This document shows positions 56,492 to 64,000 of a stretch of DNA of 64,000 nucleotides, piece by piece (the first letter of the stretch is position 1; the number at the start of each line of letters is the position of its first letter). Location: assembly GCA_964016885.1 (NCBI GenBank), contig OZ024742.1, positions 192,572,001-192,636,000 of the forward strand. Direction: 5' to 3'. The position numbers were made by a program, and so were the translations under genes. This stretch comes from Eledone cirrhosa. Lineage: Eukaryota. The notes under the pieces were generated by a model that was not told the DNA's origin, searched no databases, and saw only the letters and a program-made list of their open reading frames with translations.

Positions 56492-56510
56492 TTGTGTGTT
56501 TACAATAATA

Positions 56511-56728
56511 ATGGTTTCTTATATAGGCACAAGGAAAGTAATTTGGGGGGAGGGGAAAGTCAATTAAATCGACCCCAGTGCGTGACGAGTACTTTATTTT
56601 ATCGACCCCATAAGGATAAAAGGCAAAGTTAACCTCGGCGGGATTTGAGCTCAGATCATAAAGAGCCGTAACTCTATGCTGCAAAGCATGGCGTCCGACC
56701 CTCTACCGATACTGCCAATCCACCGCCC
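56511..56728 (-). mobile_element. Full-length tRNA-derived SINE
   Basis: ggcggtggattggcagtatcggtagag head, B-box-like region, shared core. Confidence 0.82.
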
Positions 56729-57503
56729 TTTTACAATAATAATATTCCTCAATCATTCTCATCAAGAGCGAAAATAGCATTTATTGAAGTATGATTATAA
56801 AAAAAATGTATTAAAATTTAGCCGATGTTTGGTCATTGCTCTGGTTTCCATTTTTTTTTCTTAGTCGTGAGTGAAAATCAATTAGTTCCCAGACTATTTC
56901 AACTAGCTTGTAATTATAGATAAGTGTTATTTTCCATTTTGATGAAAACATGAAAAACATGAAAAAATTACTGCCAAATGATTTATTTCTGGGAAGCAAA
57001 TCTCTACATTTAGGTGAATAGTGAAGAAAAATGATGCAGTTGAAACTTTGAATGAATATAGACGTCTGGTTCAGAGTCATAACATGAGATCGGCTTAATT
57101 TTGTGCTGTTGTGCAAGGGTTTCGTCATCTATATAGGTGGGTGGCCCCGTGTAGCTCTGGTGTCACAGTGAAGGTGACGAAATCACATACAGTCTTACTT
57201 CAGCGTCTGATGAAATATGGATTTCTCACTGAGAGACAGATATAGGAGCGCCCTCAAGAGTGTGTACCCCAAGGAAGTATGTTTATAATAAAGGTTCAAC
57301 CCATTATACAGTGTAGTTTGTGGAAGTATAGTCGTCCTACAATGTTTAGTCTATCGCCTACACACTCAAGTTACGGAGGAAATCAGAGGATAATTACATT
57401 TCAAACTTGTCTTACATCCATTCAAATAGAAACACAATGCCATTCACATAGGAAAACACACGCAGAGTAACAAACATGTTCTCACATAGATACATACTGA
57501 TAC

Positions 57504-57543
<40 letters not shown>

Positions 57544-58792
57544 TCTCTCTTCTTTTTATCTCCTTCTTCTCCTCTCCTCCTCTCTCATATACGGAAGTTT
57601 CCCTGAATGAAACAATTGTTCGAACAATGGAACAGCCTCTCCTTAAAATTAACGTGTATTTAGCTGAGTATTCCACAAACACGTAAACTCAGAGTGATTT
57701 AGCGTGAAAAAGTATGTGAGAAGGCTGGCCCTTTTAATTACGGGTACAGTCAGTTTGATGGACATTCAAACAGTTTTCATATATCCAGTTTTGTCCATAA
57801 AGCAAGGGTCGACTTGAAGATATGGTAAACGACGCTTACCCAAGATGCAATGCAGTGAGATTGAACCAGGAACCTAATAATAGCGAACCAAATTTCTGAA
57901 CCATTCGGTTATGCTGTGTGAAATACACCCCCCCCCCCCACACACACTCACACTCGCACACATAAATACACACACACAATTACACACACACATAATGTCA
58001 TATCCGGTACTTCATGTGACAAGACAAGCACTAGATAACCAAAAAAAAGGGGGAAAAAAAAAAGATAATTAAAAAAAAACAAAGAGATTCAATGGACACT
58101 TCTAAATTTAGTGATTGCTTTTTTTAGGAATACCAACTTGTTGACTTTGTAAAAGCAAAACTAATCTAAACGAAGATTTCTTTAAAAAGAATTGCTAAAG
58201 AATAAGAAGAAAATTAACCTAATTTTAATTATAACAACATGCTGGTTCTCCGTCGGTTTCAGCAACAGCTTTTCCAGTCGATTCAACCCACGGAACACGC
58301 TTCTTGTGAAATTACCTTGCAAGTGTCTGAACACTTCTCAGATACCTTTATCCATGTTGTTGTTCCGAGGAAAATTATGTGTAACATATTGTGTGACAAG
58401 GCTGGCTTTTTGAATAACAGGTGCATTGTTTTCCATTGAGCGAAAAATAAATGTCTTCCTCCAAGAATCGAACTAATAAACCTACTGCAGTGAGCCAAAC
58501 AGATACACATCTTCACATAACAAAGGTAGTTTAAAGGTAAGTGGATCTCTGTCGGTTTCCTTAATGTGTTGCGGGGTATGTTGAAAATATGTGTTATTGT
58601 AGACTATAGCAATACATAGCGAACATTAAATTATAAGAAAGTTATTAAAAACTTTACTGATAAGTACTTAATTGAACCTCGTATTTAGGATGAAATACCC
58701 CATTACGGAGGTGTTGAGAGAACAAAGATAACAGGAGGAGTGTAAAATTGTACAGCCATTATAAAGGCGTGTTGATTTACTACTGTATAATA

Positions 58793-58843
<51 letters not shown>

Positions 58844-58863
58844 AAACACATATAATATATCTA

Positions 58864-58921
<58 letters not shown>

Positions 58922-59594
58922 TATATATGTAAATAAATATATCCATGTACGCACGCACACACACACACCCACACCCACACCCACACACACATATATATAT
59001 ATGTTTATACATATGTTTATATGCGCACATTAGTGACTATATTTTGAACGCATGCGTTATATTTCTAAAACATCACTGCATTATATATTCAGTAGTTTTA
59101 ATGGACGTAAGTTGCACAGGGAACTTAACATTTTAAGTCACACCTTTATGAAGGTGACTGTACGAATTATTTTAGAATGAATTTGAAAACTCTGTCACTA
59201 CACACACACGTATGCATGCAACATACTCTAAACCCTTTCACTGGAATGAAATACGTGTTTGTGCGAAAATCTTTCCTAATCGAGTAGTGGAATTTGTATC
59301 ATTCACATAAATACTTAATGTTTCAAGCATATATTTGGATAAAAGCTAAGGACAAAACATTACTGACGCGGCTATGTACATATAGACCATTACATTTAAC
59401 TACATGCTCGCGTACCTATCTAGCCACCTTCCTACTTCACTATCTACCTACATACCTTACTGACTAACCACCCAACTACCTACGGATAATTTACGCTTAT
59501 TGTTTGTATCAATAAGGTGTTGTTACAGTTATTTTCTGCATTTGTGAGAATATAAATACATACATACATACACATGCACATATGTTGTGTGTGT

Positions 59595-59700
<106 letters not shown>

Positions 59701-59796
59701 TTATAATAATGATACTATTTATAGTTATATATATACTATACTATAAACAACATCAATATATATGTATCTATATGATTGTTCAGTTGAATAGTAGGT

Positions 59797-59904
59797 TAAT
59801 TATATGTACACACATTGATAATGCTCCGATGACACCAAACTTAAGTTTGGAAGAAACAATTGTCAGCGATTAAATTATTTGAACATAACTTTGATATTTG
59901 TGTA

Positions 59905-59952
<48 letters not shown>

Positions 59953-60060
59953 TACACAAATATCAAAGTTATGTTCAAATAATTTAATCGCTGACAATTG
60001 TTTCTTCCAAACTTAAGTTTGGTGTCATCGGAGCATTATCAATGTGTGTACATATAATTA
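59797..60060. repeat. Inverted repeat (~110 bp arms) around (TA)n, each arm with a hammerhead
   Basis: HHR 59823-59867 (+) and 59990-60034 (-): gct-CCGATGA-ca ccaaac ttaa gtttgg aa-GAA-acaattgt-C-agc. Confidence 0.92.
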
Positions 60061-60093
60061 TATATATGGATATATATATATATATATATATAT

Positions 60094-61314
60094 ATGGATG
60101 TGGTCGCCCTTTATACCTCCGTACCAGCATCCCCAGCCGTCGACCTGTTGACCGAACGAGTCCGAGCATCTAACTTACACTGCTTCGGACTCACACACAC
60201 GGACATCCACCAACTCCTCTCCTTCGTTGTGGATAATGCACTCTTCAATTTCCTCGGCCACACGTACAAACAAATCTCTGGGCTACCTATGGGCTCTAGT
60301 CTGTCCGGCATACTTGCGATCTCGTACATGGACCACCTGGAACGCAAGGCACTCAATACCTGCCAACCCAACGCCGTCGCCTTCTACTCCAGATACGTTG
60401 ATGACATCCTGATACTTACTTCTTCCCGGGAGATGGCGAATGAAATTCACCAAATCTTCAACGATACTGACCATCACGTCGATTTCACCATCGAACACCC
60501 AGGAGAAGACGGGTCACTCGCCCTCCTCGACTTCCGTATTAACATCTCGGAAGAAGGAGACATAAACACCACCTTCTACCGCAAAGCAGCGTGCAAGGAC
60601 TTATTTGTGCATTACAACTCAGCCCTCCCCAACAACGCTAAGAGAGGCTATGTCCTAAATGAACTGACACGGATCACTAACAGATGCAGCGACCCGATGG
60701 GTGGTCTCACCCATACCACGCAATTCCGTAATCTACTCAGGTCTAATGGATATCCCAAGCGACTGATTAACGGAATTAGAGACCCCAGACCCAATAGACA
60801 GACACCCACTAGAAACTTAAATAAAAGCAGGTGCTTCTTTAAAATCCCCCACCTGAGTGAATATACCACGAACGCCATCCGCAGGGCCATACGGACGGAG
60901 GGACTTGACATACATTTGGCCCACACAGGACCTTCGCTCCGAAGATGCCTTTCCAACAAACCCGACGAGTCAGATGGGACGTGTTCCCTCAGCAACTGCC
61001 CGATACGGGGGACAGATTGCCTACGCACCTATGTCGTATATAAGATTCAATGCGATAAATGTAACAAGTTTTACATAGGTAGCACCATCCGACCCCTACA
61101 TGTTCGTATCAAGGAACACATCAACACCAACGCATCTTCCTTCCGTAAACACATCCTTAAATGCGGAAACCCACAGGGTAGACCCTTGGTCACAGTCCTA
61201 GCGACTGAACGCAGCATCGGATCCTTAAGGATAAAGGAAGCACTTGTTATTAAGAACCTCAGACCCCCACTTAACAACCGGGCTGAGAGAAATGAGCTGA
61301 CATGGCTAACTTAA
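60094..61314 (+). pseudogene. 5'-truncated Poseidon/Penelope-type PLE: uninterrupted RT C-half plus GIY-YIG
   Basis: DVVALYTSVP, GLPMGSSLS, RYVDD, FYRK, VVYKIQCDKCNKFYIGSTIRPLHVRIKEH, KEALVI..PPLN. Confidence 0.93.
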
Positions 61315-61984
61315 CCATAGTGACCATTCACAGCCCTTACGGCCTGCTATTTTCACACACACGCACGTATATGCATACCCATACGCATACACACACACAT
61401 CTATATTTATACACGCACACATGTTTTTACAACCTACCACCTTTCACACCCTTTGATTTCCAGCTTCTACAGCCCACTATCTTTCACACACACACACACT
61501 CACACATATACACACTTACACATATACACACACAGTTACACACATATATATTTACACACACATATTTTACGGCTTTCACACGCTAGCGCACCCTCTTGAT
61601 TTAACCCATTTGGTCAGTAGCTTTTGCCACAGCCTATCACGCGCACGCGCATTCTTTCCCTCATTTAAATTTTAAATAATTTTCTCCCCATAACGGCATT
61701 CCTGTTTTAACGACATCACAACTTTCTCCGCTTAGCCTGTTCCCCCCCTTTTGGAACTTTCCCCCGTTGATGGGCGTGAGCCCGAAATATTGGGATTAAA
61801 ACTCCATTACGGTAACCCTTCTACCTTTGTTTTGTTTTCATCTTTGTCTCTCTCAATTTTCACTTTCTCCTATTTCTCCTATCTATCATTCACTTCCTAC
61901 CTCGAGATTTCCCTCTGCATTGTTGTGGCTTTCTAAACTACTTATTTTACACATTTCACAATGCTTCAAGCAAACTTTAACACC

Positions 61985-62049
<65 letters not shown>

Positions 62050-62434
62050 ATATATATATATATATGGATATATATATATGGATATATATATATATGGATA
62101 GTGAACATTTTGGAAGCCCATAACTTGAGTATTGGAACCTGTGTTATCACGAGGTTTTTCTATTAATTAAACGTAAATCAACAAAAAAAGCACATCTCTT
62201 TTATAGTGAAATTTGGTTAATTTAGATATTTTATCTATGGCAAAACATCATTAGAATTATGACAAGAAAAATGATTAGTTAATGCCTCTAATTTCTTTAC
62301 ATTCTCCCTTTACTTTTTCTCCATATCTTTATTTTTTCTCCATAAGTAATATCACTGATTTAAAATCAATCATCATTTTCTCACAAAAAAAAAAAGAATG
62401 TGTGAAACGCAGCAAGGCGATGGTAAATCGGCTA

Positions 62435-62502
<68 letters not shown>

Positions 62503-62522
62503 ATATATATATATATATATGT

Positions 62523-62665
<143 letters not shown>

Positions 62666-63059
62666 TAGATAGATATAGACATGACATCTGTTAATAACAT
62701 TTTACACGGCATTCTAGGACAAATTTGACATAACGGTGAATATGAGTTTTCAATAAAAGAATCTATGCTTTTTTAACGACAAATATCCTCTATTTTAAAT
62801 GAGATCAATTATGCTTAACCCTTATTGTACAATATTACAGAAAAATAGTGCCCAAAACGCATACGATAATATTTATTAACACTGATGTGATACAAACATT
62901 AACGATACACAAGCTTCATTAGAATGCAGAGCATTTGACCTAACAGAAGCATATACAAACCTTAAGGTGAACTTTGGTACAAACATTAGCTGCAGGCTAA
63001 TAAAAGTAACGGAAGGATATTGAGACAGATGCCAATAATTTAAATATTTATTGCGATAT

Positions 63060-63542
63060 ATTCTTAACTGACTAGGTGATCCCCGATATGCACTGGATAG
63101 ATTTGTTATCGAGTGCTGCATGGCAGGAACGAAAATCAGTGTTGCGAAGTGTGAAGCGCTCGTCTCCGCAAGGACGCCTGCGCAGTTCACTCTATATATG
63201 AGTGGAATGCCACCGAATCAGGTGGAGAATTTCAAATATCTCGGAGCCTATTTCACAAATGAAAGAAATCAGGAAATTGAGTTAAGTGCAAGAATTGCAG
63301 AAGATGGTGTAGTAATGCGCCAGCTTCAGCTTTCGATCATCAGAAGAACGGGGGTAGGTGTAAAAGTCAAACTCGATATTTTCAATTCTGTATTCGTGCC
63401 AACCCTTAACTATGATTAAGAATATTGGGTAATGAGTGAAAGAATACGATCGCGAATACAAGAGGCCGAAATGGGATTCCTCCGAAGGGTCATTGGAGTA
63501 ACGTTACTCGATAGAGTGCATAGATCGGAGATCAGAGATAAG
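63060..63542 (+). mobile_element. RTE-clade LINE fragment
   Basis: VENFKYLG, SVFVPTLNY, EAEMGFLRRVIGVTLLDRV. Confidence 0.85.
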
Positions 63543-64000
63543 AATTCACAGTTACAAGACTAAGCAGATTCTTACTCAGTAAAGTTGTCAATACATTCTA
63601 AGATAAGGAACGTAATTATATTTTTACTTGAATGTTGTCTAGGCGGGTGATCTACGCGTTTAAGATCTCACTTCAATTAGATTCACTGGAGACAAATGTA
63701 TTAATTATTTATTTGAAAGTGTATATTGCTAGAGGCAGAGCTGACTTATACCGAACACCTCAACTGGCAGCATTGTGTAGTGACCATTAAATATAGGGAC
63801 ACCGAACACGTCAACCGAACACGTCAACACGTCAATTGATTGTATTTCTAGACAACCTAGATTCCACTTGATGGAAGACATAGTTTTGAACGACATATAA
63901 GCCGTTGCTTCAAGATGAGTCAGCTAAAATGTAAAACTATAAACCAATTAAGGAATTAACGGTAAAATCAACAGTATTTGTGTATGAGGGAAAATTGATA

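Overview
Eukaryotic, AT-rich, microsatellite-saturated DNA. The SINE repertoire looks octopod/cephalopod (inference). No host protein-coding gene is recognisable, and almost all YIYI/VCVC ORFs are translated (TA)n/(TG)n. Autonomous-type elements: at least seven Penelope-like retroelement (PLE) remnants, mostly Naiad-like plus Poseidon-like pieces; one near-full-length and several partial Tx1/L1-clade LINEs, mostly in (TATC)n; and RTE, CRE-like, mariner, hAT and Helitron fragments with many tRNA-SINEs. The hidden layer is RNA: about 25 hammerhead-ribozyme (HHR) motifs can be read by eye. They occur in PLE pseudo-LTRs and in small non-coding tandem units that look like non-LTR retrozymes (a ~430-470 nt family at four loci and a ~487 nt family). 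Best finding: two divergent 65-nt copies (26870-26934 on -, 33446-33510 on +) of a pseudoknotted, non-circularly permuted hammerhead with strand order UH > GAAA > CUGAUGA, supported by covariation in three helices. Also seen: U3-A8 and U4C core variants, a recurring U.U at the base of stem II, and fold-back inversions at ribozymes or (TA)n, including a ~9 kb nested inverted repeat. All structures were paired by eye; no searches or folding programs were run.
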